A DNA stretch of 64,000 bases from Vezdaea acicularis (lineage: Eukaryota). Positions 1-10,870 of the stretch are shown in pieces. Made by a program: the position numbers and the translations under genes. The stretch is taken from NCBI GenBank assembly GCA_026025075.1, contig JAPEUI010000003.1:124001-188000 (forward strand), written 5' to 3'. Every line of letters starts with the position of its first letter. The stretch's first letter is position 1. The notes under the pieces are model-generated. The model was not told the DNA's origin, did no database searches, and saw only the letters and a program-made list of their open reading frames with translations.

Positions 1-433
1 GATATGACCATGGCTGCTAAAAAGAAACTATTCTTCACATGGACCGGTGTTGCGAAACGAACCCAGGTAAGATTATGAGCTTCACTCGTTCTATCAAAGG
101 CAGTGCAACAGGCGCAAGACTGGCAATTAATCGTAAGACACATGAACAATTGCAATCATGGTTGTTTCTATAAATCACTGTAGTCTGTAGGAAGTTCATG
201 GTCACAACATCTTAGAGCTTCAGTACGCTAGATATTAGAGTGCCTGGCGAATCATTTGCTATGAAATCGTAGCGGTCTCTATGTCTGTACATATTACGGT
301 GGACTGTAAGACCCTACAATGCTTCATTGCCGAAATAATTTCTGTTACGTCTGGAATCTTCTTCGCTCTCGAAACCAAATACTTCAACACAATCCACCAC
401 TAATTTCAGAAAAGACTCATATAAAACGGCACA

Positions 434-951
434 ATGGTATTAGAACCAGAAGGACTATCAATGATAATTGCGAAAGCTAAATTTTCTGACTCTAGGCCTC
501 CACCTCCCTACGATCCATCAAATCTCTTGCGCCTCTCCTGGACCGGATTCTGGTACAGAGAATCAAGGCGGAGACGAAGACTGCCGGCGGCATTTTCCTC
601 CCTGAGAGCAGCGTCAAGGAGCTGAATGAGGCAAAGGTCCTCGCTGTTGGGCCGGGCGCCCTGGATAAGGACGGGAAAAGAATACAGCCTAGCGTTGCGC
701 CTGGCGACAAAGTATTGATTCCTCAGGTTCGTCTCGCTCTCTACCTACAAGCAAAAGCTCTGCACAATCACCACCATATTTCGCACAGGACGCGATGCTG
801 ATAATTCATGACTTTTAGTATGGTGGGAGTCCTCTTAAGGTTGGGGATGATGAGTATTCGCTGTTCAGGGATCATGAGTAGGTGTGCCTGTCTACCAACC
901 TAACCCTGGCGCTGACAATCTCCAAGGCTATTAGCAAAGATCAATGAATAA
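434..951 (+). CDS. HSP10: Mitochondrial co-chaperonin Hsp10 (GroES family), 4 exons
   Basis: ATG-only first exon (434-436), then GT..AG introns. The spliced product reads MASTSLRSIKSLAPLLDRILVQRIKAETKTAGGIFLPESSVKELNEAKVLAVGPG...KVLIPQYGGSPLKVGDDEYSLFRDHELLAKINE*, which carries the GroES PLxDRxLV and mobile-loop GGI motifs. Confidence 0.95.
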
Positions 952-2326
952 ATGTGTTGGGTGAAAAAGGATTTCAACATAATTGTATAAAGCTGTATTA
1001 CCATCGAAACAAGCGTTGACTTAGCATGAAGCCATATTGGCTCCGGAGGAGCGTGGGCCTTTCGACACTGTACATTCCATTGCAATAAAAAAAACTCTCC
1101 TCTCCTGATGTCGCTTTACAATTTGAACCAATCTTCAGATATCTGCTTTGCATACAGCTGACAGCGCTAGTCTGTGTTGATATCTTGATGCTAACCTCCA
1201 GTAGCTAACGTCCCGGTTATGGTTCATATGACATGGCAGCGCGAATCAGGATCATGTACTTTCTCCCTAATTATTCTACGTACAGTCAACCTGAGGTCCC
1301 GGAGAATCGCGCGACTTGAGAGATGAAGTGGTCTGTGCACAGGGACGGGAAGTCGGGTTGGCTTGAGGCTCTAGCGCGTTTCGGTCGGCCATCCGGCTCC
1401 ATATTTACGAGAATCGACACTTTTGCTCACCTGAACACGGGGTTATGCGCTCTTTATCAATTGCCTCTGCGTGGCCTCTGACAAGGTGTGAGTATGCGTT
1501 GTGGCGATTCGCGGCTCGCCATGTTGTGAATCTCGACAAGAAATAGAAAATCGAACTGCTCACGAAGGCCCCATAGGAGGACTGCAGTGTAAGGTCAGAG
1601 AGGGTATATAAAGATTACCTTGCGACTTTCAACGAACGGAATGTGCTGCCACGCGATAACTTCCCCTGTATCGTCTTTGGACGATGCCTCCAGCCCCGGA
1701 TGTTTCGCGCATAAAAGATGCGACCTCGCTTTCAGAGATCTCTTCTGACTAGCAGTGGCCTCTCAATCACGATACTTCTCAGTCCAAGCGCTCGTTGGTG
1801 TTTCTACAACACCAGCGGTGGCCACGCTAGCATCCAAGTCACGATCTGCTAATCGTAGGTGTGACTGCCCCTCCTTCAATCTCTAGCATGGCCCGTGCTG
1901 TTATAGATTACGATTTTCGGACATGGCTCGCCGAGAATAACGACCCTCAATCGAGAAACTATTGTGGCGAGACCCTCCTTGATAGACCAGAAACGCTATA
2001 TGCGCTCGTCGCAAGTTGTGCTCGTGCGCAGCTCTCCGAGTGGAATACTCCGAAGCGCAAGTAAAAATATTGATCAGGCACTGCTTTCCTTCTCCTTCTC
2101 CTCACCCTCAGCCTTATCGTGTTTTAAGGCTTAAGGAGGCTGATGTCCCTCAACCTTCCTCCCTTAGCTGTCTATGGCTAGAATCTGGAATTCTTCCCAC
2201 CACCGTTTCTCTTCGTCGCTCCTTCCAGGTCTTTGATAGACTCGTGCTCGTTGATCGAGACACCTTTCAAAGGCTTCCATTTGAGAACCTCCTCTGTTTA
2301 AGTTCAGCCAAGCTATATTGTTTGCC

Positions 2327-3825
2327 ATGTTCTTTACTCTGCAAGCTCTCCTCGGCCTCTTCACTGCACAAGTCGCGCTCGGCCACACAACATTCACAAA
2401 CTTCTTCCTCAATGGTATTCCGCAGGGTGACGGGACTTGCGTGAGAATGTCCCATAATCCTGGTTCGGCCACTGATCCAGTATACGACGTTACTAGTTCC
2501 CAAATGGCCTGTGGTATGTTCTTGCATGGATCGCTCGCGACTTGTCTTCTTAGCCAGGTACTAACCAAGGGACAGGGCTGGACGGACAGGACGGCGTTGC
2601 ATTTGCCTGCCCCGTCAAAGTCAGTGACCTCGTCACTGTCGAGTTTCGACACTCTCCGGCGCTTGAAACACAAGACGCCATTGACGACTCTCATAAAGGG
2701 CCCTGTTCGGTATACCTCAAGAAGAGCGATGATCCTACCAAAGACCAGGGTGCGGGCAATGGCTGGTTCAAGATATTCGAGGATGGATACGACGAAGCCT
2801 CCATGACATGGTGCACAGAACGATTGAATACAAACGGACGTCGTCTCTCGATCAAGCTGCCCTCAGATCTGGAAGATGGCTACTATCTGCTTCGCACCGA
2901 GCTTATAGCACTGCACAACGCAGACCAAACCCCTCCTGCGCCCCAATTCTACATTGGATGTTCGCAACTCTTCGTCACCGGTGGGTCCGGTACTGCAAGC
3001 CCCCCCGCGGTCTCGATTCCAGGATACATCTCGAGCGTGAGCGAACCGGGGACCTCGTTCAACATCTACGCGCACCCCATGGCCCTACCTTATCCATTTT
3101 CCGGCCCGCCCGTCTACAACAGCACGAGCAGCAGCAGCAGCACTGGCAACCCTCTCACCTCGCGCGACACGCCCACGCAGACGATCGGGAGCATACCCAA
3201 TCCTTGCATCTTGAAGATGGCGAACTGGTGCGCGACGGAGGTGCCGAGCTACACCGACCGTAATGGTTGCTGGCGGGCGCAGAATAACTGCGAGCAGCAG
3301 GCTCAGACATGCAATGCCGCGAAGGGGGGCCTTCCCAGCACCATCTGCGATATCTGGCAGACCAAGTGCACGACCATCAGCAATGACTGTACGGACGGGA
3401 CGGTTCCTGGCCCGCCGAATGCAGGCGCGGATCTCAATCCGCCTGAGGCGGCGGTTTCGGTCCCGCCTGCTGGGGCGCTGAGCGCGGGGGGCGTTGCTTC
3501 ACCTGGTGGTGGAGGAAGCTCTGGGGGCTTAGGGAGCCAGCAAAGGCCCCCCGTGTCGTCCGCGACGTCAGGCTCAGGTATTCAGGATTTGGGTGGTGGG
3601 GCTTACAACGGGAACAACCGCGTCAATTTTGTGGAACAGACGCCATCTGGATCTGCGGGAGGGACCGACGCGCAGGCGCCGAGCAGTAGTAATCCGCTAC
3701 TGACGACGACGACGGTGATTGATTGGGTGATTGAGACGGAGCTGGTGACTGTCACCGACCATGTGTGGCTGATGGAGCGGGGCGTCAAGGCGAGGGCGAC
3801 GGGTATGGCTCGACGGGATGTGTAG
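2327..3825 (+). CDS. Secreted AA9 (GH61) lytic polysaccharide monooxygenase with Cys-rich C-terminal module and disordered tail; intron 2514-2575
   Basis: Signal peptide MFFTLQALLGLFTAQVALG followed by His1 (HTTF). Also SHKGP (second His), GWFKI, YLLRTELIALH and PQFYIGC (Gln/axial Tyr) AA9 motifs. Intron GTATGT..CTAAC..CAG joins the two ORFs in frame. Confidence 0.92.
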
Positions 3826-4213
3826 AGTAGAGGGGATGTACATAAGCTGGATTGGCTGGGGGGTGCTGTGGATGCTCGGTCCGTGGTTCAACTCGGGAAA
3901 GTCGTACGTTCTAGGGTGCGATACTTCGTGCGAGAAAAATGCTACTGAGCTACAAGTCGTAAATTCATGAATGCTCTTTATTCGCCTGATACTCACCCTT
4001 CTCCCTTATTCATGTTCTCCGTGCTCCTGTATCCCGCTCCCGCTCCCACTCCCGCTCCGCGCGGGACAGTCCCATGACATAGCCGACCCGCCCAACATCT
4101 TATCTCCGCCGCCCCGCGAGCCTCTCCCCCTCCACCCCTCCATCACCCTCCCTCTCCTCTCCCCCAACATCCCTCCTTTATCTCCCCGCCCCCCGCGATC
4201 AACAGAAAAGAAA

Positions 4214-5327
4214 ATGCCCCTCCCCACCCCCCTCCACATCGCCATCCTCGAATGCGACACGCCCCTTCCCCAAACCGCCGCGAAATACGGCGGATACGGG
4301 GGAGTATTCATCTCGCTCTTGCGCAAGAGCGTCGATTATTTGAACGCCGAGCACGACGGAGTGAACTCTGGGGCGAAAGAAGGGGAGACAGTCGCGGAGA
4401 AAGACGGGGCGAAAGAAGGGAAGAAAGTGGGGTTTTTGGATAAAGATAAAGACCTCGACTTCACGACCTGGGACGTCGAGCACCTGGAACAATACCCCAA
4501 GTTAGAAGACGTCGACGCCATTCTCCTCACCGGAAGCCGTACGCTCCCCTTCCTCCCTCTCCCTCTTTCGTCCATACGCGCTGACTAACCACGCCGCCGG
4601 GGAAATAGGACACAACGCATTCGACAACCCCCCCTGGATAACCCGGCTCATATCCTACACGCGCGCGGCACTAGACACCGGACGCGTTCGCGTCATCGGG
4701 GTTTGTTTCGGACATCAGATCGCGGCGCGCGCCTTGGGGGCGGAGGTGGGCAGGAATGAGAAGGGGTGGGAAGTTAGTGTTTGTTCGGTGGATGTGAACG
4801 GGGCAGGGAAGGGGGTTTGGGGGAGGGAGAAGTTGGTAAGTTTGTGCTGTTTTTTTTGTTTGGTGGAGGAAAGATGGGGAGGGGGAGATGGGAGGATGGG
4901 TGAAGGCTAATGGGGGGTTTAGGATATCTTTCAGATGCATCGCGATATCGTACTCACCCTTCCGCCAACACCGATACCGCCGCTCTCCACCCTCTCCACC
5001 ACCACCACCACCTCCTCAACAACCCACCCACCAACCCCACCCCCCTCGTCCCCCTCTTCCCCCTCCCCAGCCTCCCCTATCCCCACCCCCAGCATCCTAG
5101 CCTCCTCCCCCCCCTGCCCAATCCAATCCCTCTACATCCCATCCCGCCTCCTAACCGTACAAGGCCACCCGGAGTTCACGGAGGAAATCGTGACCGAGAT
5201 CCTGGCGGCCAGGAAAGAGGCGGGGGTGTTCGATCAACGGTTGTTTGAGGATGGGATGGGGAGGGTGCGGGATAGGCATGATGGGGTGGTGGTTGCGGCG
5301 GGGTTTGTAAGGTTTTTGTTGGAGTAG
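4214..5327 (+). CDS. Class I glutamine amidotransferase-like protein; introns ~4538-4608 and ~4836-4922
   Basis: HIAILECDTP, ILLTGS, nucleophile elbow GVCFGHQ, QMHRD and QGHPEF (Cys-His-Glu triad), joined by canonical introns. Confidence 0.88.
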
Positions 5328-5924
5328 GTGGGTGAAAGGGGGGGGGAAGGGGAAAGGGGAGAGAGGAGAGGAAAGAGGGAAGGGGAGAGAGGAGAAGGAG
5401 AGAAGGGGAGAACCAGACCATCGTCATCACAAACCTAAGTCATCAATTCTCCCCCACAGCCGCTTCCACCAGCCCACCCACCCTCCCATCTCTTTTCCCC
5501 CTCAAGTAAGACAACACGACAACAGCTCCCCCCTGAAGAAACCTAGCCCAGCAAACCCCCCCCCCCCCCGCCCCCCTCGGCCGGGCACGAAAGGGTATAT
5601 ACCCCACCTAAGTCGAACGAAGTCTAGGGTGGATGCGGTACCGTATTAACACAATATCATCAATAAGACCACAGCCGTGATATCCATCCCCTCGAGCAAA
5701 TCCCATCTCCTCTCCCTTTCCCCCCGTTTTCGGGCGCATCGTGTATTGCCGTCCTAGTAATCGTATCTGCACCATCACCACCTCCACCCATCGTCTACAC
5801 GAATTCCTGAACAAACCCACCCACGCACCCATCCATCCACTTCCTATCACCACCCAAACCCCAACTTCCAAAACCAAAAACCCAACCCGCACACCCCCCC
5901 CATCCCCAAAAAATATATACAGAC

Positions 5925-5940
5925 AAAAGAAAAAGCAAAA
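5925..5940 (-). terminator. Pol III terminator of the tRNA-Thr gene
   Basis: T4/T5/T4 runs on the minus strand starting 7 nt after the tRNA 3' end. Confidence 0.7.
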
Positions 5941-5946
5941 GAGAAT

Positions 5947-6063
5947 TGCCCAAGGCCGGAATCGAACCGACGATCTTCTCATAACCGACAATATTAACCC
6001 CCCCCCCTTTCGGTTAGGGGGTTAATCTACGAGTGAGACGCTGTACCACTAAGCCACTCGGGC
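5947..6063 (-). tRNA. tRNA-Thr(CGU) with 45-nt intron (5983-6027)
   Basis: Minus strand GCCCGAG TGGCTTAGTGGT ACAGCG TCTCA CT CGT A [intron] A TGAGA AGATC GTCGG TTCGATT CCGGC CTTGGGC A. It has an acceptor stem, A and B boxes and an anticodon stem, with the intron at the canonical 37/38 position; mature length 72 nt. Confidence 0.93.
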
Positions 6064-6930
6064 CTGCATAATTCCATTTTTCGCTTAATGCGCATTACCA
6101 ACCCTCACCACTTGCACAGCTGTGCCTTACCCATTTAGTTCAACCCCCCCCCGCCTCCCTCTTGCGACCAGAAAAAGCCGGCCGGGAGTATGCATATCAG
6201 ACCCGCTCTAACCCCCTCTAATCATTTTTTCCCGATTCTACGGAGGGGGGGTGGGAGAGCTGTTTGCGAAGAAAAAAATATGAATAATAATAAATGAAGA
6301 GATCCCCCAAGGGGCTTTGATGGGGGAGCTGGGGGGGTTGGTGCCCGGAGGCTTTTGTGGGAGGAAGGTTGGATTTGCGTGGATGAGGGGGGGGGAAGAA
6401 GAGGTGGGTTGTTTGGCTGGGCATGAGATGTTGGGGTGGAGGGTATTGGAGGAGTTGATGGGGTTGAGAGATGTATGCTTTTAGAGGGGTGGGGCTTGGG
6501 GGGATGGGAGGTTCGTGTAGGTCTGGCTTATATGATTCTGGTTCTACTTGTGTTGTGTTGTGTCTGGGGTGGGCCGTCGCTCTGCGCTACTTCATCAGAA
6601 GGGTGGATGTGATGGCTTTTTCTTCGTGTTGAGGAAAGGGGGGGGGCACGGTGTGCGGGGTTAGGGGAAAGGGAAGTTGATGCGATTACTGCGATTATTG
6701 CTACGACAACTACCAACCCAGCCAGCCAACAAAGCAAACGAAGCCAGTCAAAACCAAACCAAGCAAACCACCTCTTCCCCCCTTCCCCTTCTCTCCCCCT
6801 GCACCCTCCTCAGAAATCCCAGCAAGCTCCCACCTCCCACCTCTCACCTCCCGTAAAAGGCAAAAAACGCCAGCGAAAGGAAAAAGAAAAAGAACGAAGG
6901 GAGGTTCATAGCAGAATCATGATTGGGAAC

Positions 6931-7565
6931 GGAGAGAGCGAGAGAGAGAGAGAGAAAGAGAGCGCGAGAAGAGAGAGAAGAGCCGCCCAGAGTTTTTATC
7001 CATTCGATTCCTCCTTCGGAGAGTGCGTGTGCGGGGAAGTTGAGGAGGAGGAAGAGGGAGGAGGAGGAAGAAGAGGTATAAAGGTGGAGAAGGAGGAGAG
7101 TGGACGTGGACGCGGCCGTGAAGGATAGAACAGTAGAGAGTAGGGAGGGCGGGAGAAAGGCGCAACAGAAGGAGGAGCGAGTAAAGAGGGATGGGCGGAA
7201 GCAGAAGCAGAAGCGAAAGAAGAAAGGATGGAGATTAATAATACATTATCGCCCGATACGAGCGTAGAGAGTTTCCTGCTTTACTGAAGCAAGGAGAGGA
7301 GATGCGATGGCGAATGGCGGTGGAGGTAGCAGGAGAGGTAGCAGGAGAGGTAGCAGGAGAGATAGTCCGCCGAGAAGAAGAAGAAGAAGCAAGCAAGCAA
7401 AAGACCAAGCCACCAGACGCAAGCAAGAGGAGGGAAAGAGAGAGAGAGAAAGTATCATGACAAGCCCCATCCCTATCGTCCACCAAGCCCCCCACCATCA
7501 ATCCGCTGCATTCCGCTAGCCTTCCCCATTCCCCCGTCGTCGTCATCGTCGTCGTCGTCGTCGTC
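6931..7565. repeat. Simple-repeat-rich purine tract: (AG)n, (GAG)n, (AAG)n, 3x GGTAGCAGGAGA (7325-7360), (GTC)n (~7535-7565)
   Basis: Directly visible; lies downstream of the Zn2Cys6 gene stop codon, probably in its 3' UTR. Confidence 0.8.
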
Positions 7566-7633
7566 TTCGTAGTCAGTAGGAGAGCAGAAAGATGAGGCCC
7601 GATGAAGCGTTAGCAAAAAAAAAAGTGATGGCC

Positions 7634-9837
7634 TCAACCAAAGGGATGACTATGCGCAGAGTGATGATGATTCGGCGCAACATAGTAGCTCTGATAGGGA
7701 GGATGCTGGCTCGAGAAATCCGCACTGAGCAGGGGATTCGCGGGTCTCTGCCTGGGCACGGCCGGCTGTGGCGGGGGTTGCTGCGGCTGCAGGGGCGGGG
7801 CCACGCCCGAAAGACTCGTCGGCGGATACCCCTGATACGGCAAACCCGACAGCGAGGGAGGGGGAGGGCCCGCAGGATAGGTATCCTCGGGACCCCACTT
7901 CCATTTCTGGCGGAGCTCCTTGTTCAAAAACCCGACCTTCCAGCCGGTCTCCTTACGGATCTTCTCGAACATGCTGAGGACCTCTTCCTGCTCGCGGCGG
8001 TCGGTGAGGCATTCGGCGGCGATGGCGAGGGAGCGCAGGGCGACGGAGGCGACGCCACGGTCTTTGCAGTGCGCGACGATGCCGCAGATCTGGCGGGAGT
8101 GTGCGTTTTGCATGTCGTACATCTCCGGCTGCTCGACGGACATGACGGGGCAGATTTGCGAGAGGAGGCACATGGCGGTGTGGAAGAAGAGGCGGGCGGT
8201 GATGGTGGAGCGTTTGATGAGCCTGGTAGAAGGGGGTTTTGGTTAGTGAGTGTTACAGAGGAGGATGGTTTAGGGGGCAGAAGTTGAAGGATGAGGGGCG
8301 GGGGAATCGAGAAAGAGAAATCAAGGAGACTCACCAGACTTCAGGAAACGACGAGTGGTTGTGCGTCTCGCGCGGCTGGAGATAGGCCAGCGGCGTCATC
8401 GTCCGCGGGATCATCTCCTCCCACGACTCGCACCAGTCCTTCAGCCGCTTCCACTCCGCATACCTCGCCTGCATCCGCATCTGATCCTCGTGCACCGTCT
8501 TCTCCTTGAACCGTGGGATCGTCGCTCTAAAGTTCGCAATCTTGGCAACAATATAGATGATACGGTACGTCCAGATCTCCTCCTTGCCGGGCTCGCAGTC
8601 CTTGGTAAAGTCCATGTTCACGCCCCAGTCGTCCGGGTCCCACGCCACCTGCCAGTTGAAGTGGAGGCAGCTGAGCAGCTCCATGCCCACGTTCAGCCAG
8701 AAGCAGGCGGCGCCGATGCCCGTCGAGCGCGCGCTCCAGCCGCACTCTTTGATGAGGGCGCGGGCGCCGGCGATGTGGTTCATTCGCTGCAACGCCCGTT
8801 CCGACATGATCTCGTACACGTTGAGAATAACGGCCGTCGTGGCGCAGATGACCGTGTCCCGGCTGGGATTCTGCAACGAGGTCAACAGGCCTCGCGTGGC
8901 CGTGTCGTAGTAGTGTAGGGCTTTGTCTTCGCCGTACGTTGGGTTGACCAGAGTCAGATGTCTCGCCCCGCATGCTAGGAAGGCGTTCATCAGCATCGGC
9001 TCACCCAGTGCGTGAAAGGGCAGTAACTGTGAGAACTGATGATGGCAAAAGTCAGCATTCGAATTTCTTGGATATATCCCCACAACCCCCACACCAGGAC
9101 ACAGGCATGCTTACATGTTTCATCGGGTCCATGCTGTCCATCCAGAGCCCGACTTCCTCCACAAACACTTGCATGAAGAGCGTCTCCTCGGCCGTGCTGA
9201 GGTAGTCTCGGGGCTGCTCGCTCGGCGGGGTGAGCGTCTGCTCGGCATTGTATGCATTGTTGCCCGAGTGCGGTAGTGTTGCGAAGCTCGCGGTATCGCT
9301 CGCGGAGAGGGAATGGCGATGCGAGTCTCGCCCGCCATGGTCCGAGAGAGAGTAGTCGGTGTACCCGCCCTGCATCGGTGGTAAGGATTGGTTCGACATG
9401 GAGGGCGCCCGGGGAGGTAATCCGTTGGGGTTATGATCGATCATCGAGTCCGGATTCAGTTGTGCAGCAACGGGCGCAGACTGCTCGACCGCGGAATACC
9501 GGCCGAGTCCGCCCTTGTACTCGGACGCAATATCGCGAGATTCATCCAGAAAATTGACGTTCCATTCGTGCGTTGGGGGGATGGTCGGTGGCAGGCGCAC
9601 CTGCGTGTCGATGAAGTTCAAGCGGACGCCGCGTTTGCACGTCCGGCCCGACTTGCGACAGTTCTGGCAGTTGGGCAGGCCCTCATCGCACTTGAGATGT
9701 CGCTCTCTGCACGTCAAGCAGCCGGTGCGCACTCTCTTCGGTCGGGCGGCGGCGGCGGGCGAGGCCTCGGTCGTATTGGACGTGCCATTGTTGGTGCTGT
9801 TGTTGTTGCTCTCCGCCTTGACGTCGGAGCCCGCCAT
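7634..9837 (-). CDS. Zn(II)2Cys6 transcription factor with C-terminal fungal-specific TF domain; introns 9036-9114 and 8223-8334
   Basis: RVRTGCLTCRERHLKCDEGLPNCQNCRKSGRTC binuclear cluster, then LWMDSMDPMKH|FSQLLPFHAL...LACGARHL...ATTAVILNVYE. Canonical introns join three ORFs in frame. Start is the first in-frame ATG; the true start may lie upstream. Confidence 0.9.
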
Positions 9838-10774
9838 CACGGCCGAGGAGGAATGGCGGTCGGCCGCGGCGCCCGGTCGCGGATGGGGCGATTGCTTCTT
9901 GTGCGTCTTCTGCGTCTTCGCCCTCTTGGGGAGACGTGGAGTGGACGAGCCGCTCAGGCTCTGCTGCGGCGTGGGGATGTGGTAGTGGTCGGCCAGCAGG
10001 GAGAGGTCGGCGGCGGTCGTTGACAAGGCAAAGGCGGGCGAGTGCAATTGCGGCAGCGGGTGCGATTGCGGGTGCGGGTGCGGGTGCGGGTGCGGAGGGT
10101 ACAAGAGGGCGGCAAAGTCGAAGTCGATTGTTGCAGCCACGATTACGACTGAGGGCGATGAGAGGCCCTCCTGGTGGTGGTGGTGGTGGTAGTGATGGAG
10201 GAGAGAAGCTACTGACGAGATGAGGTAAGTCGGTGCGAGGTACCGGGGCGTGGGAGGGCTTCTCTCGGCGCGCGGCGGACGGGGGAAGAGAGGGGGAGGG
10301 GAGGGGGAGGGGAAGGGGGGTCGCACCAGCAGCGTGAGGACCCGCGGGCGATAATTGGGGCCGGGTCGGGGTCGAGCAGCAGCCCAGCAGATGACGGAGT
10401 GGACTTGGGGGTGGGAACTGGGGGGGGAGGAGGGGGAGGTGGGTCGGTGAGTGGGGACGGAGGGTTGGAGGCGGCGGGCGAGACGGGCGAGGCGGGCCTA
10501 GCGAGCATGCGGAGGCCTGGGCTGGGCCAGGTCCGCGCTACGGCAAGTGAGAAGTGAGAAGAGAGAGAGAAGAGAAGAAGAAGGAGAAGAGAAAGTATCG
10601 AGGTCGGTCAGGATAGACGGGAATCGTGCGGAAAATATCCAGCCGAACGAGGACTCGAACTCGTGGTGGTTGCGGTCGGCGGGGAAGGAAAGTCGCGGCG
10701 AGCGGACGGTGCGTGCGTGCGGGTCCGTGACGATAAGGACGATTTGCCGTGATGCGTGAGGGAGACGATGTTGA

Positions 10775-10870
10775 ATTGATCGATTGATCGATTGATCGAC
10801 CGATTGACCGATTGATCGACTGACGTTTCGATTAATTAATTAATTGATTAGATTAAATTGTTGACTGACT
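10775..10870. repeat. Degenerate (ATTGATCG)n array followed by (ATTA)n and (GACT)n
   Basis: ATTGATCG x3, then ATTGACCG, ATTGATCG, ATTAATTAATTAATT and TGACTGACTGAC; an AT-rich island in GC-rich flanks. Confidence 0.8.

Noticed and set aside
330..365. Heat-shock element upstream of HSP10
   Set aside because: Only two correctly spaced nGAAn units (GAAtcTTC); too weak to call.
1884..1900. TAGCATGGCCC resembling the U6 snRNA core
   Set aside because: No upstream ACAGAGA box and the downstream sequence does not match U6.
9036..9062. Hammerhead-like CTGATGA plus small stem (TGGC-AAAA-GTCA)
   Set aside because: Followed by GCAT rather than GAAA, and it is simply the antisense of an intron branch point and acceptor.
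10775..10830. Possible CRISPR-like or telomeric array
   Set aside because: 8-bp tandem units with no spacers, not TTAGGG, in a eukaryotic context.
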